Shown here: positions 29,004-39,651 of the stretch, piece by piece
Position numbering within the stretch: the stretch's first letter is position 1
Layout of the letters: each line of letters opens with the position of its first letter
Assembly: GCA_965203905.1 (NCBI GenBank)
Contig: CBDBDQ010000005.1
Coordinates: 6,304,001 to 6,368,000, forward strand
Direction of reading: 5' to 3'
From: Spirochaetia bacterium
GTDB taxonomy: Bacteria > Spirochaetota > Spirochaetia > SZUA-6 > Bin103
Length of the DNA stretch: 64,000 nt
Made by a program: the position numbers and the translations under genes
Notes under the pieces: generated by a model
What the model was told of the DNA's origin: nothing
Databases searched by the model: none
Seen by the model: the letters and a program-made list of their open reading frames with translations, nothing else

Positions 29004-29435
29004 GTGGTACAGGAGACGCCGCGGGGCCGGTTCGGCGTAGCCGTCAAGGCGGCGATCCTGCGCGGTCGCCGGCTCCTGGTCCTCTACAAGAGCGTCGCCG
29101 AGGCCGGCTCCGATCCCGATCCCGCTGTCAGGATCGATCTCCCCGGTGGACGGATCGAGTTCGGCGAGTCACCGGTCGAGGCGCTGCGCCGGGAGGTCGC
29201 CGAGGAAACCGGGCTGCAGGTCGAGCCGATTGCCCCGCTCCAGGTCTGGCACTACGTGAAGCAGCGATTCCAGCTCGTCGGGATCGACTACCGGTGCGAG
29301 TGCAGGTCCGGCGAGGTAGCGCTGAGCGATGAGCACGATGGGTTCGCTTGGCTGACCGAGGAGGAACTGCGCCAACTCCATCCAGAGGAGCAGCAACAAT
29401 TCGCCGCGGCCTTCCAGAGCGATCTCGGCCCCTGA
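29004..29435 (+). CDS. NUDIX hydrolase
   Basis: PGGRIEFGESPVEALRREVAEETGL Nudix box. Confidence 0.88.
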   Translation: MVQETPRGRFGVAVKAAILRGRRLLVLYKSVAEAGSDPDPAVRIDLPGGRIEFGESPVEALRREVAEETGLQVEPIAPLQVWHYVKQRFQLVGIDYRCECRSGEVALSDEHDGFAWLTEEELRQLHPEEQQQFAAAFQSDLGP

Positions 29436-29442
29436 CCCCGAC

Positions 29443-30072
29443 ATGCCGAAAGGACATGCCTCCGACGAGGTTCGTTTGCTGCTGGGAAGCTCGAACCGAC
29501 ACAAGGTCCGGGAGTGGCGGGCCATGCTGCAGCATCTGGCGATCGACCTGGTGGACCCGGTGCAGTTGCGGCTCGCGGTAGACGCGGTCGAGAACGGAGC
29601 GACCGCCGAGGAGAACGCGCGCATCAAGGCACAGGCATACCTCGATGCTGCCGGCATTCCGACGTTCTCGCTCGATGCCGCCCTGCGCATAGACGGTCTG
29701 CCGCCCGAGGAACAACCCGACGTTTGGGTGCGTCGCATCTGCGGTCGCGGGGAGCAGACCACCGACGCCGAGATGGTGAGCCATTACCGCGACCTGCTGC
29801 GGCGGCTGGGCGGACGCGCGACGGGCGAATGGACCCTCGGTATCGCCCTGGCGCCGGCACCCGGACGCATCCTCTCGGCGCGGCGGGTGCACCGCACGCA
29901 GTTCGTGGCCACGCCAAGCCCAGTGCTGATCCCCGGCGCGGCGCTGCAGTCGCTGCAGGTGAATCCGGCGACCGGCCGTTACTTCTCCGAGATGACCCCG
30001 TCCGAGCATGCCGACCGGCTGCGGGAACGGGCACGCTGGATCGTCGGCTTCGTGATTCGCGGTCTGCTCTGA
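29443..30072 (+). CDS. Ham1/ITPase-like NTP pyrophosphatase (divergent)
   Basis: SSNRHKVRE, ENGATAEENARIKA, YFSEMT. Confidence 0.75.
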   Translation: MPKGHASDEVRLLLGSSNRHKVREWRAMLQHLAIDLVDPVQLRLAVDAVENGATAEENARIKAQAYLDAAGIPTFSLDAALRIDGLPPEEQPDVWVRRICGRGEQTTDAEMVSHYRDLLRRLGGRATGEWTLGIALAPAPGRILSARRVHRTQFVATPSPVLIPGAALQSLQVNPATGRYFSEMTPSEHADRLRERARWIVGFVIRGLL

Positions 30073-30256
30073 TAATCGTCCTTCAACACATCTAATTTGA
30101 TTTACAATACGATATTTGTGCTATTAACTAGCAAATAAGATATATAAACGGATCAAAGTAGTTGACCGAACTCCGGCTCCTTCTCCACTATATAAACATC
30201 AATTACTGATTGCTAAGTCACTCATCAGGCGAATAAGCAATCAAAGTTGGAAGGTT

Positions 30257-30613
30257 ATGAGGATCACTCACCTTACTACCGACAGCGCAGCGATGCAGGA
30301 GTTGGGCACCCGAATCGCGCGCCAGCGCCTGAACCGCAATCTCACGCAGGCAACGCTCGCGGCCGAGGCTGGGGTTTCCGTGCCCACCGTGCAGCGCCTG
30401 GAGCAGGGCAAGTCGTGCCAGACCTCCAGCCTGATCCGGATCCTGCGCGCCCTCAAGTTACTGGAGCATCTCGACGGCCTCGTCCCCGAGCCGCCGGCGA
30501 GCCCGATGCAGCAGCTCAGAACGCGCGGCAAACTACGCCGGCGCGCCTCCTCACCGGCCGGTACTCGCATTCGCGAGCGCCCCCCGGCATGGACCTGGGG
30601 CGATGAGCCATGA
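30257..30613 (+). CDS. XRE-family HTH antitoxin (HipB-like)
   Basis: RLNRNLTQATLAAEAGVSVPTVQRLEQG; ATGA overlap with hipA; AT-rich upstream region. Confidence 0.85.
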   Translation: MRITHLTTDSAAMQELGTRIARQRLNRNLTQATLAAEAGVSVPTVQRLEQGKSCQTSSLIRILRALKLLEHLDGLVPEPPASPMQQLRTRGKLRRRASSPAGTRIRERPPAWTWGDEP

Positions 30614-31914
30614 CGGTGGCCGAGGCAAGAATGTGGGGTACCACGATCGGGGCCGTGAGTTGGGATGACGACCGTGGCTACGCCGCCTTCGAGTACGCCC
30701 CGGCCTTCCGGCCAAGCGGTCGGGAGGTTGCCCCGCTCACGATGCCGCTGGGCGACGCGATCTACTCCTTCCCGGCACTGGCGCGGGAGACGTTCCACGG
30801 GCTTCCGGGGCTCCTTGCCGACTCGCTCCCAGACCGCTTCGGCAACGCTCTCATCGACGCCTGGCTGGCGGCGCAGGGCCGCAGTCCGGGCGATTTCAAT
30901 CCGGTGGAACGGCTCTGTTACGTCGGCGAGCGTGGCATGGGAGCCCTGGAGTTCGCGCCCGCCACCGGCCCCGACCATCGACAGTCCGCAATGGAAGTGG
31001 CGGCACTCGTCGAGCTTGCCAGTGAGATACTCACCAACCGAGGGAGACTTGCCGGCTCCTTCGAGGCACCCCGGCGACAGCAGGCACTGCAGAGCATCCT
31101 CCGGGTCGGCACCTCGGCCGGCGGCGCCCGCGCCAAGGCGATCATCGCCTGGAATCCCGCCACCGACGTGGTGCGCTCGGGGCAGATTTCCGCCGGCGAC
31201 GGATTTTCCTACTGGCTGCTCAAGTTCGACGGGGTAGCCGGCAACCGCGACCGCGAGCTCGACGATCCGCAAGGCTACGGACTGATCGAGTACGCCTACC
31301 ACCTGATGGCTCGGGCCGCGGGCATCACCATGGCCGACTCCCGCATCCTGCACGAAGGCGGGCGCAACCACTTCATGACCAGACGCTTCGACCGAACCGC
31401 GGCAGGCGACAAGATTCACCTGCTGTCGCTCGGCGCCATGGCGCATTACGACTTCAACCAGGCCGGCGCCCACTCCTACGAGCAGGCGCTCCGCGTGATC
31501 GAACAACTCGATCTCGGCAAGGATACGGTGGAAGAGCAGTTCCGCCGCATGGCGTTCAACGTCGTCGCGCGCAACCAGGACGACCACGTCAAGAACATCG
31601 CGTTCCTGATGGATCGGTCCGGGCGCTGGTCGCTCGCACCGGCATTCGACGTAACGTACAGCTACAATCCGGGGGGACGGTGGACCGGCGCCCACCAGAT
31701 GTCCCTGAACGGCAAGCGCGAAGGCTTCGTCGCCGATGACTTCGACGCCTGTGCGCGCACCGCCGCCATGAAGCGCGGCCGCGCAACCGAGATCCTCCGC
31801 CAAGTCCAGGGCGCAGTATCACACTGGCCCGAGTACGCGGCTCAAGCCGGCGTACCGGAGGAAACCACTCGCCGCATCGGCTCCACTCAGCGCACAGAAA
31901 CTCTCGTTCCCTGA
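30610..31914 (+). CDS. hipA: HipA-family kinase toxin
   Basis: DSLPDRFG, GTSAGGARAK, RRFDR, NQDDHVKN, LAPAFD. Confidence 0.9.
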   Translation: MTVAEARMWGTTIGAVSWDDDRGYAAFEYAPAFRPSGREVAPLTMPLGDAIYSFPALARETFHGLPGLLADSLPDRFGNALIDAWLAAQGRSPGDFNPVERLCYVGERGMGALEFAPATGPDHRQSAMEVAALVELASEILTNRGRLAGSFEAPRRQQALQSILRVGTSAGGARAKAIIAWNPATDVVRSGQISAGDGFSYWLLKFDGVAGNRDRELDDPQGYGLIEYAYHLMARAAGITMADSRILHEGGRNHFMTRRFDRTAAGDKIHLLSLGAMAHYDFNQAGAHSYEQALRVIEQLDLGKDTVEEQFRRMAFNVVARNQDDHVKNIAFLMDRSGRWSLAPAFDVTYSYNPGGRWTGAHQMSLNGKREGFVADDFDACARTAAMKRGRATEILRQVQGAVSHWPEYAAQAGVPEETTRRIGSTQRTETLVP

Positions 31915-32000
31915 TCGATTGCCCGTGCACCTCGTTACCCGATGCCTTGCCGGCGTCTTGGCGGGTAGCAGCGCAGTAGATGGTGATCGCGCCGAACCTG

Positions 32001-32045
32001 AACGGGCATCGGTAGCAAGGACCGAGCGCGCTACCGATGCCCGTT
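32001..32045. repeat. Perfect 16-bp inverted repeat
   Basis: AACGGGCATCGGTAGC / GCTACCGATGCCCGTT. Confidence 0.8.
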
Positions 32046-32063
32046 ACGGGTACAGGTGGAACG

Positions 32064-32140
32064 AAAAAAAGGGGCTCTACAGGTAGCTGCAGAGCCCTTG
32101 ATCGGCCCCCGGCCAGCTTGTGACGGCCGACCGAGGAACG
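32064..32140 (-). ncRNA. Candidate small structured RNA downstream of pemK, ending in an intrinsic terminator
   Basis: Minus strand: GTCGGCC/GGCCGAT stem, then GGGCTCTGCAG-CTAC-CTGTAGAGCCC plus T7. Confidence 0.5.
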
Positions 32141-32197
32141 CTATCCACCAAAAAGGGGATAGTCTTCCAAGCCCGACTTAACGGGATACAGTCGAAA

Positions 32198-32555
32198 TTA
32201 TGCCGGCTCTTTGCGGATTACGTCAAGCCCCAGTGCCTTGATCACGCCGGCCCGGATGGCCTCAAGGACGTCGGGCGGTACCCGTGGCGTCCCGTACTTC
32301 GGCTTACCGCCCTTCTTGACCCTTACCCGGTCAAGTCGGTCCACAGATACTGTGTACAGCATGTCGCACTTCGCCCAGGAACCTCCTCGGCGGCGAAGAG
32401 TACGCGGCAAGGACTGGCGACCTATCCGACAATGAAAGGGCTGCACTGGTCGCGGAGCAGCAGAGCTCAGCGATACGACGGTGCACAGCCGAGCTCCTGA
32501 CCTTCCGCTCGGGCGGTATGACCACAATGGGTCTCACCTTGACCATTTCTGGCGG
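32198..32555 (-). pseudogene. PemK/MazF-family toxin, frameshifted and apparently 5'-truncated
   Basis: PPEMVKVRPIVVI in one frame; LCTVVSLS...WAKCDMLYTVSVDRL in another. Confidence 0.75.
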
Positions 32556-32946
32556 ATTCCAGCTTAATCTGTGTCCGTTGTCCGAACTGCGTGTATCTCA
32601 GCCTACGTGACGTTGCTCTCTGCCCGAGTCCACGCGAAAAAGGAACGGACGTTTGTGGAGTAGTTGATGCATTTCGTCCGTAACGAGGCAGCAGTGAACG
32701 CCGAGAACACCCGCACGTGGCGCCTAACCGCTGACACCATGTCGTCAATCCGTGGCAGCCACGCCCTTCGCCGTATCGGTCGCGCCGGTTGACGGTGCGG
32801 ACAAAGTGGGGATAGTCTCCTCGTGCGCTTCAAGCGCACTCTTGCTCGACTCCCAATCGGCGGGTGCACTTGCCCCCAACGTGTGACTTGGTTCCCAACA
32901 CCAGCGTGCTTGCACGTCTTCGTCGAGTGGGTCGGCACATCACGAG

Positions 32947-33618
32947 ATGAGCATGGAGATGGAAGCTGACTTTCACGACGAGATGCTGAGCCTATATCGC
33001 CGTACGGGCGTGGCGACCGGGGTCTGGCACAACTACTTCCTCCGATCCGTGCACAGGGAAGGAGGACTTGTCTTTGCGAAGAAGCTTCTTGCTCCGACAA
33101 AGACGAGCACAGGTTTCGATTCGCTGGTGAAAGCACAAAGAGCGGACCTGTCCGTCGAGGCGCTCGTCGTCAAGCAGCGTTACGCCCATCTCTTCGGACC
33201 GGACGAACTTGAAGAAGCTCAACGCCGTTTGACTCAGGTTCCCGACTCCGGCTTCCCCAAGGAGTCGGATGGACCGGAGACGCTAGGTGAGATAACCGAC
33301 GGCGAAACATACCAAGAAAAGTCCGTCCAACATGTATTGGTAAACCGTCACGAACGCAATTCAAAGGCGAGAAAGAAGTGTATTGAGCACTTCGGGGCGC
33401 GTTGCAAGGTGTGCGATCTTGACTTCGAGCGGCGCTATGGCGAAGTCGGAAGAGGCTTCATTCACGTACATCATCTACGCCCTCTCGGGCGACTAAAGTC
33501 TTCGTATCGACTCGATCCACTCAAGGACCTGATTCCTGTATGTCCAAACTGTCACGCCATGCTACACCGTCGGAATCCGCCGTACGACGTTGAGCAGTTG
33601 CGCGGTCAATTGCGATAG
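32947..33618 (+). CDS. McrA-like HNH endonuclease with helical N-terminal domain
   Basis: HERNSKARKKC, CKVC, FIHVHH, DLIPVCPNCHAMLH. Confidence 0.88.
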   Translation: MSMEMEADFHDEMLSLYRRTGVATGVWHNYFLRSVHREGGLVFAKKLLAPTKTSTGFDSLVKAQRADLSVEALVVKQRYAHLFGPDELEEAQRRLTQVPDSGFPKESDGPETLGEITDGETYQEKSVQHVLVNRHERNSKARKKCIEHFGARCKVCDLDFERRYGEVGRGFIHVHHLRPLGRLKSSYRLDPLKDLIPVCPNCHAMLHRRNPPYDVEQLRGQLR

Positions 33619-34137
33619 AGTCTTCTGCGGACTATCGCCTGGAAGAAACGCGGCGAAGGAGGTAGCATCCATGTTGAGAACGAGTAAGCTGATGGCACCT
33701 ATAAGTGCCGTCAGCGGTCGGACCAATGGCTGACCTTCTGACCGAACACTTGGACCCGCTTCTAACCCGAACACGTGCACTCCGCCATAGCCTCGAGCTT
33801 CGCCTGATTCTTGTGATCAACGTACCCGGCCTGACCCTACACCTATCCGCTCGTTCGGAACTGCGTACGTTCGGCGTGCCGGCCCTGTACGTGTCACAGT
33901 TCCATCTATGGGCGAAGCGTGGCACTAAAAAATCCAACCAAAACAGTAGCCCATAGACCAAGTGCAAACGACCAACCGATACGCCAACCCACCTATCGAT
34001 GCAGCAAAGGAACAAGACTAACGGACAAAGTAAAACCTGCTCCATGGCTCCGCCAAGCGCGCCACATGCACAAATCGTACAAACCGCCCTATCCGTGGCT
34101 ACGACAGGTTAATCGATGATCCTTTTACCATAGTGAT

Positions 34138-34968
34138 TCAGACTGGATGTTGTCGCGGTCTCTCCTCATAGCCGATATTCACAAAGTTAAAACACTTCCC
34201 CAGAATGTCGATCAATTCCTCGTCGTATACACGGCGCGAGTTACTATGAGCGATCTGCTGGCTTCTATTTAGGAAATACGCAACAAAGTCAGCCAGCTGA
34301 ATTAGACGACAGATCTTGGAGTCTTCAAAATGAACTCGGATAAGGTCGGACTCTTCCCATCGCAGGGGAACGAGACCTGTTCGGCCTGGTTTCTTCTTAC
34401 CGGCGTCGGAAAATATCTCCCATTTGGTGCTTGGAAATTCTTCCGTGATGTAATCTCTACATCTCCGTATACAGAGAAGAAATGCTGCATCCTTCGGTGA
34501 CTCCAAATCTATTCCGAATTTCTGACGAATGAATCCTACATTCTTCTCTGATCCCATATTAACTAACTGCTGATGACTCTCATTACCCTTCCATAGAGTC
34601 TGAACAATGATCGGAAATTTCATGATACGAAAGATCTCAGCAACACCGGCTATCACTCCCTTCAAGGCTCCTATAGGCACCTCAGCCCAGCAGTTCTGTC
34701 TCTGAAAGATTTCGTAGGCATGTAGTTCAGCAGCCCCAAACCGCGCCTTTACTTCGTCGTGTATGCCATCCATCTGTGAGATGGCGTACTGCGATAGTGA
34801 AGGGGGAACCAACACAGCAATCCATGTTTGTCTGTCCTGTGACCCATTCCGCGTTTCGATTTTCGAACCGCCATCATCCATCAGGACAAGTCCAGTTCCA
34901 TCCAGGCCAGAAGATCTCTGAAGATTTAGGAAATTGCTGGAAATCGTATTCACTTTACAGACCTCCAA
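34138..34968 (-). CDS. DUF3800-like protein; start uncertain
   Basis: MDDGG, ELHAYEI, DSK...IQLADFVAY; AT-rich. Confidence 0.7.
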   Translation of the reverse strand: MEVCKVNTISSNFLNLQRSSGLDGTGLVLMDDGGSKIETRNGSQDRQTWIAVLVPPSLSQYAISQMDGIHDEVKARFGAAELHAYEIFQRQNCWAEVPIGALKGVIAGVAEIFRIMKFPIIVQTLWKGNESHQQLVNMGSEKNVGFIRQKFGIDLESPKDAAFLLCIRRCRDYITEEFPSTKWEIFSDAGKKKPGRTGLVPLRWEESDLIRVHFEDSKICRLIQLADFVAYFLNRSQQIAHSNSRRVYDEELIDILGKCFNFVNIGYEERPRQHPV

Positions 34969-35661
34969 GTGAAAGCTATCTCAGTGCACTGTGAATTTGC
35001 ATACGAAGTGCGCAAGTTCATGGTGGCCAGTCAGTATCTCTCAACGAAATCGATTCATTTCCATTCCTCAAGCTGCTGATCATGTTTCAGTTGCGTCCTG
35101 TGAATGGTAAGATCAACGTCGACCACAATTCATCGAAGCCGACTCCCAACCACTCGAAATTGTCAATCCAGCCGCCGCCCGCTTCGAACAAATTGGTTTC
35201 CCGCGTCTGAAAGTCCAAGCCCTCGTCGGGGAAACAGAACATACCAAGCCCAATATACGCTGGATAGACTACGGCGTCAATGGCAATCGAGAGAGCATCC
35301 ACGCTTTCGTCGGATTGCAGTTGATCCTAACGTCCATCCGACATTCGATCTGGTTTCGGTTTGGGTTGGGAAAGTGGGTGACCGGAACCCTGCTTTAGGA
35401 CGTGCACCCCAGGTGGCTCGACGGTAGTAGCGGGTTCGTTTTGTGAGAGTAGTCGTATGTCCGCGCGCGCTCTTTAGTCGAATCTGGATTTGGTACGGCT
35501 CGCCCTGCCGGATCTACTAAGTGCGGTTCACGCAGCTTTCGCAGGTTGTGCACTTTCGTTTCGCGAAACGGAACGAACGCATTGTTCGAAGCGCGCATTG
35601 TCACAGCACTGGCGGGTAGCGGCTCCATCCCGTACCATGCGGGCGGGGAGGAGCGCAGGCG

Positions 35662-36651
35662 ATGGCGGAGGCGATGTGGCGGGCGGCGAAGGGAGCGGGA
35701 GTCGGCAACGTCTTCCTGGAGCGGGTGCCGGTACCCGAACCGGGGCCCGGCGAAGTACTGAGCCGTACCCGGGTGAGCCTCATCAGCCGCGGTTCGGAGC
35801 TGTGGCGCCGCTACGTGCTGGAGGAAGCCGTCAACCCGGACATCATGGGCTACTCCACCGCCGGGGTGGTGCAGCAGGCGGGTGCGGGCGTCACCGGTTT
35901 CGCCCCCGGCGACCGGGTCGCGGTCACCGCGCCGCACGCCGAGTACTCGCTGCGCGCGGTCAACGCCGAGGAGTCGGACCCGCGCGTGATTCATCTGCAC
36001 TCCGAGCTTTCCTTCGATCAGGGTACGTTTCGTCCCCTGGCGACGAGTGGCGCCTGTTGGGCACAGGCGCTCGGCATCACCGCGCAGGATCGGGTTGCGG
36101 TGCTGGGACAGGGCCTGGTGGGTAACCTCGTGATGCAGTTCGCGCGCGGCTACCGCCCTGCCCAACTGATCGCCGTTGACAGCCTCGAACTGCGCTGCCG
36201 CGTGGCCCGCGAGACGGGGGCGCCGGAGGTGGTTCACGCCGGCGAGGAGGATCCGGTTGCGGCGGTGCGGCGGCTGACCGGCGGCGCCGGCGCCAGCATC
36301 GTCGTGGACTGCGTGGGCGGGCCGCCGGGCGTAGCCTCGTTCGAGCAGGCGCAGCGGATGGTCAGCGACGGCGGCCTGATTCAGGTCAACGCCAAGTACC
36401 ACAAGCAGCCGCTGCCGCTGCACGTGGACCGCTTTCAAGGCAAACGGATACTCGTCAGCTATCCGGCAAACATCGACCGCGCCGCGCTGGGCAGGGCCGC
36501 GCTGGCGGCGCTGGCGGCGGGAGAGGTTCGGGTCGAACCGCTGGTCACCCACCGCTTCGAGGCCAAGGACCTGAAGGCGGGCTTCGACTTCCTCTACCAC
36601 CACCCGGAGCGCGCGCTGGGGATCCTGGTCGAGTGGCCGCGCGGGAGCTGA
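35662..36651 (+). CDS. MDR-superfamily (zinc-binding dehydrogenase-like) oxidoreductase
   Basis: SLISRGSE, GYSTAG, GQGLVG, DCVG. Confidence 0.85.
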   Translation: MAEAMWRAAKGAGVGNVFLERVPVPEPGPGEVLSRTRVSLISRGSELWRRYVLEEAVNPDIMGYSTAGVVQQAGAGVTGFAPGDRVAVTAPHAEYSLRAVNAEESDPRVIHLHSELSFDQGTFRPLATSGACWAQALGITAQDRVAVLGQGLVGNLVMQFARGYRPAQLIAVDSLELRCRVARETGAPEVVHAGEEDPVAAVRRLTGGAGASIVVDCVGGPPGVASFEQAQRMVSDGGLIQVNAKYHKQPLPLHVDRFQGKRILVSYPANIDRAALGRAALAALAAGEVRVEPLVTHRFEAKDLKAGFDFLYHHPERALGILVEWPRGS

Positions 36652-36657
36652 GAGACC

Positions 36658-37749
36658 GTGGCACGCAACTCGTACCTCCGCTTCGTCGGAGTGGGAGACG
36701 TCAATCTCCAGCACCGCGCCGACCCGGGCGGGGCCTTTGCCCGGGTGGCTGCGGAGCTTTCAGCCGCCGACGTGCTCTACGGCAACCTGGAGGGACCGCT
36801 GGCGGGCAGCGCCGACCCCAGCCCGATCCCCCACAAGCGCGGCTGGGTGCACTCCGATCCCGCCATGGTCGCCGGCCTGGAAGCCGCCGGCTTCGCCTTC
36901 GTGTCCTGCGCCAGCAACGTCACCTACCCGCCCAGCGCCGCCCTGCGTTCGCTGCAAGTGCTGGACGCCCACGCCATCCCGCACGCCGGCGCCGGCCGTA
37001 CCCTGGCCGAGGCGCGCCGTCCGGCAATCGTGGAGCGCCGCGGCCTGCGTTTCGGACTGCTCTCCTACACCTCGGTGTTCTGGCCCCATGGCCATGCCGC
37101 CGGACCCGACTCGCCCGGCGTCGCCACGGTACGCATCGACACCGCCTACGAGCCGGGACCGCGGGTGCTGGAGATGCCCGGCGCGGCCCCGGTGGTACGC
37201 ACCACGCCCGATCCTGAGGAACTGGCGGCATGCGTCGGTGACATCATGGAACTGCGGCCGAAGGTGGACCTGCTGGTGGTTGCGATGCACTGGGGCATCT
37301 CGGGGAGCACCGAGCTCGCCGAGTATCAACGCACCGTCGGCCGCGCCGCGGTGGACGCCGGGGCGGACCTGGTGCTCGGCGCCCACCCGCACGTACCGCA
37401 GGGCATCGAGATCCGCCCGCGGCCGGAGCCGGCGGCGCCCGGCATCATCTGCTACAGCCTGGGCAACTTCACGTTCGACTGGCCTGCCATGCACGGCCGC
37501 GCCGACGGCCTGCTGCTGCGCTGCCTGCTCGACCCCGAGCGGCGGTCACCGGTGCACGTCTCCTGCGTGCCGGTGGGGCGCAACGACGCCGGTCAGCCCG
37601 CGCTGCTGTCACCGCGCAGCTCACCGGGCCGGGACCTGGCGCGTTCGGTGAGCGCCCTGTCGCAGCCGTTGGGCACCGCGCTCCGCATCGACGACGCCGC
37701 CGATGACCTGGTCATCTGGTCGGCGCTGGAGGGACCTCCGGCCTCGTAA
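36658..37749 (+). CDS. CapA-family metallophosphoesterase
   Basis: VGDV, NLEG, MHWG, GAHPHVPQG, YSLGNF. Confidence 0.88.
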   Translation: MARNSYLRFVGVGDVNLQHRADPGGAFARVAAELSAADVLYGNLEGPLAGSADPSPIPHKRGWVHSDPAMVAGLEAAGFAFVSCASNVTYPPSAALRSLQVLDAHAIPHAGAGRTLAEARRPAIVERRGLRFGLLSYTSVFWPHGHAAGPDSPGVATVRIDTAYEPGPRVLEMPGAAPVVRTTPDPEELAACVGDIMELRPKVDLLVVAMHWGISGSTELAEYQRTVGRAAVDAGADLVLGAHPHVPQGIEIRPRPEPAAPGIICYSLGNFTFDWPAMHGRADGLLLRCLLDPERRSPVHVSCVPVGRNDAGQPALLSPRSSPGRDLARSVSALSQPLGTALRIDDAADDLVIWSALEGPPAS

Positions 37750-37754
37750 ACCGG

Positions 37755-38861
37755 CTACGTCGGTCCGGCACCCTGTGCGGCGCTTATCTCGGCGCACATA
37801 CGGGCCAGTTCCAGCACCCGCTCGTCGGGGGTGCCCGATTCGATGTCGGCGAACACCAGGTCGCAGGGGCCGTACCGCTCCGCGGTCTGCTCCAGGTCGG
37901 CGCGCAACTCCGCGCTCGCCTTGTCGCGCACGTCCATCGGCGTGTACATGAGGGCGCGGCGGCCGCCGGGAAACAGGGTGCGCGCCTTGTCCAGGTCGGA
38001 GTCGATGCCCATGTCGACGTAGGCTACGTCGGGGATGGAGGCGTAGTGCTCCAGGTAGGGGTTGGCGTTCCAGGCGCAGTTGTGGATGCCGATCAGCCCG
38101 AACGTCTCCGCGATGCGCAGGTCATGCGCCAGCAGGTACTCCTGGTAGTGCTGCGGCGACACCATGTTGACCAGGCAGTTGCTGACCGTGAAGTGACGGT
38201 TGTCCACTCCCGCCTCACGCTGCCGCGCATACAGCCGCTGCGCGCCGTCGATCATGGTGGTGGCGACGCAGGACAGCAGGTGGTGCACCCGGTCCGGCTC
38301 CCGCACCATCTCCAGAAACAGGTCCTCGCCGCGGATCCGATAGGCGCTGTTCAGCACCCCCTGCCAGTTGAGGTAGCCGCGCACGGTCCCGGTCTCGCGT
38401 TCGATCCAGTCGAGCTGCTCCATCAGCGCCGCGAACGCGGCACTGCGATCCAGGTCGGGCGGCTCCAGCCGGTCCACGGCCGGCCCGTCCAGGTGCTGGC
38501 GCGCGCTCCAGGGCCAGTTGTCTTCCTGATACTCGATGGGGATGCCGTACAGCAGCGCCACGAACGAGGCGCCGTGGACCCCGGTCAGCAGGTCGGTGGG
38601 CGCCTCCGGATCCTCCACCTGGCCGATCGGCAGCGCCGGGAACCGGCGCCGGACCTCGCGCGCCATGGTCACCAGCGCGTCCCGTCGGTATCCGGGATCC
38701 AGATGCCAGCGCTCGCCGAAGTCGACCCCGACCGCATCGCGGTACCACTTGGGAGTGAAGCCGAACTCGGGACGCAGAAACGGCTCCTCGCCGCTTCCCG
38801 GCCGCCGCGTCGCGGGAGCGGACAGGGCGATGTAGCTGACCAGCTCGTCGTAGGCGCGCAT
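37755..38861 (-). CDS. URO-D/methylcobamide methyltransferase-fold protein
   Basis: RIRGEDLFLEM...P, VSPQHYQEY, IHNC. Confidence 0.65.
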   Translation of the reverse strand: MRAYDELVSYIALSAPATRRPGSGEEPFLRPEFGFTPKWYRDAVGVDFGERWHLDPGYRRDALVTMAREVRRRFPALPIGQVEDPEAPTDLLTGVHGASFVALLYGIPIEYQEDNWPWSARQHLDGPAVDRLEPPDLDRSAAFAALMEQLDWIERETGTVRGYLNWQGVLNSAYRIRGEDLFLEMVREPDRVHHLLSCVATTMIDGAQRLYARQREAGVDNRHFTVSNCLVNMVSPQHYQEYLLAHDLRIAETFGLIGIHNCAWNANPYLEHYASIPDVAYVDMGIDSDLDKARTLFPGGRRALMYTPMDVRDKASAELRADLEQTAERYGPCDLVFADIESGTPDERVLELARMCAEISAAQGAGPT

Positions 38862-38871
38862 GGCGCCGGCC

Positions 38872-39648
38872 TCAGCCGCGGCCGATGTAGGGCATCTTGT
38901 TCGCCATCACCGTGAGGAAGGGCACGTTGGCATCGAGCGGCAGGCTCGCCATGTAGAGCACCGCGTCGGCCACGTGCTGCACGTCCATGGTCGGCTCCAC
39001 CATGGTGGTGCCGTTGGCCTGCGGTACGCCCTCGGACATGCGTGCGGCCATCGGCGTGTGGGCGTTGCCGATGTCGATCTGGCCGCAGGTGATGTCGAAA
39101 GGACGCCCATCCAGGGACGTGGCCCTGGTGAGCCCGGTGACGGCGTGCTTGGTGGCGGTGTAGGCCACCGAGTCGGGCCGCGGCACGTGGGCGGAGATGG
39201 AACCGTTGTTGATGATGCGGCCCCCCGCGGGCCGTTGCGCCTTCATGATCCGGAACGCCTCCCGGGTGCAGAGAAAGGAACCGGTCAGGTTGGTGTCGAC
39301 CACCTGTTGCCAGTGCTCGAGGCTGAGGTCTTCGAGCGGCACCCGTGGGGCACCTATCCCGGCGTTGTTGAACACCAGGTCGACGCGGCCGAAGGTATCA
39401 CAGGCCGCGTCGAACAGCGCCCGTACCGACTCCTGGTCGGCGACATCCGTCGGCACCACCAGGGTCCTCGCCTCCCCCTGCGCGTCGGTCGCCTGTGCCA
39501 CCATCAGCGCGACGCTTTCCTCCAGCGCCGCCCGCCGCCGCCCGGCCAGCGCCACGGCATACCCGTTGGCGTGCAAGGTCACCGCCGTCGCGCGCCCCAC
39601 GCCGCTCCCGGCGCCGGTCACTACAGCCACTCTCATCTGATCCGCCAC
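38872..39648 (-). CDS. Short-chain dehydrogenase/reductase
   Basis: [27 protein letters not shown]. Confidence 0.9.
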   Translation of the reverse strand: MADQMRVAVVTGAGSGVGRATAVTLHANGYAVALAGRRRAALEESVALMVAQATDAQGEARTLVVPTDVADQESVRALFDAACDTFGRVDLVFNNAGIGAPRVPLEDLSLEHWQQVVDTNLTGSFLCTREAFRIMKAQRPAGGRIINNGSISAHVPRPDSVAYTATKHAVTGLTRATSLDGRPFDITCGQIDIGNAHTPMAARMSEGVPQANGTTMVEPTMDVQHVADAVLYMASLPLDANVPFLTVMANKMPYIGRG

Positions 39649-39651
39649 GTT

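Noticed and set aside
33632-35427. Short ORFs around the DUF3800-like gene (e.g. 35087-35302)
   Set aside because: No recognisable motif or RBS; probably decayed fragments.
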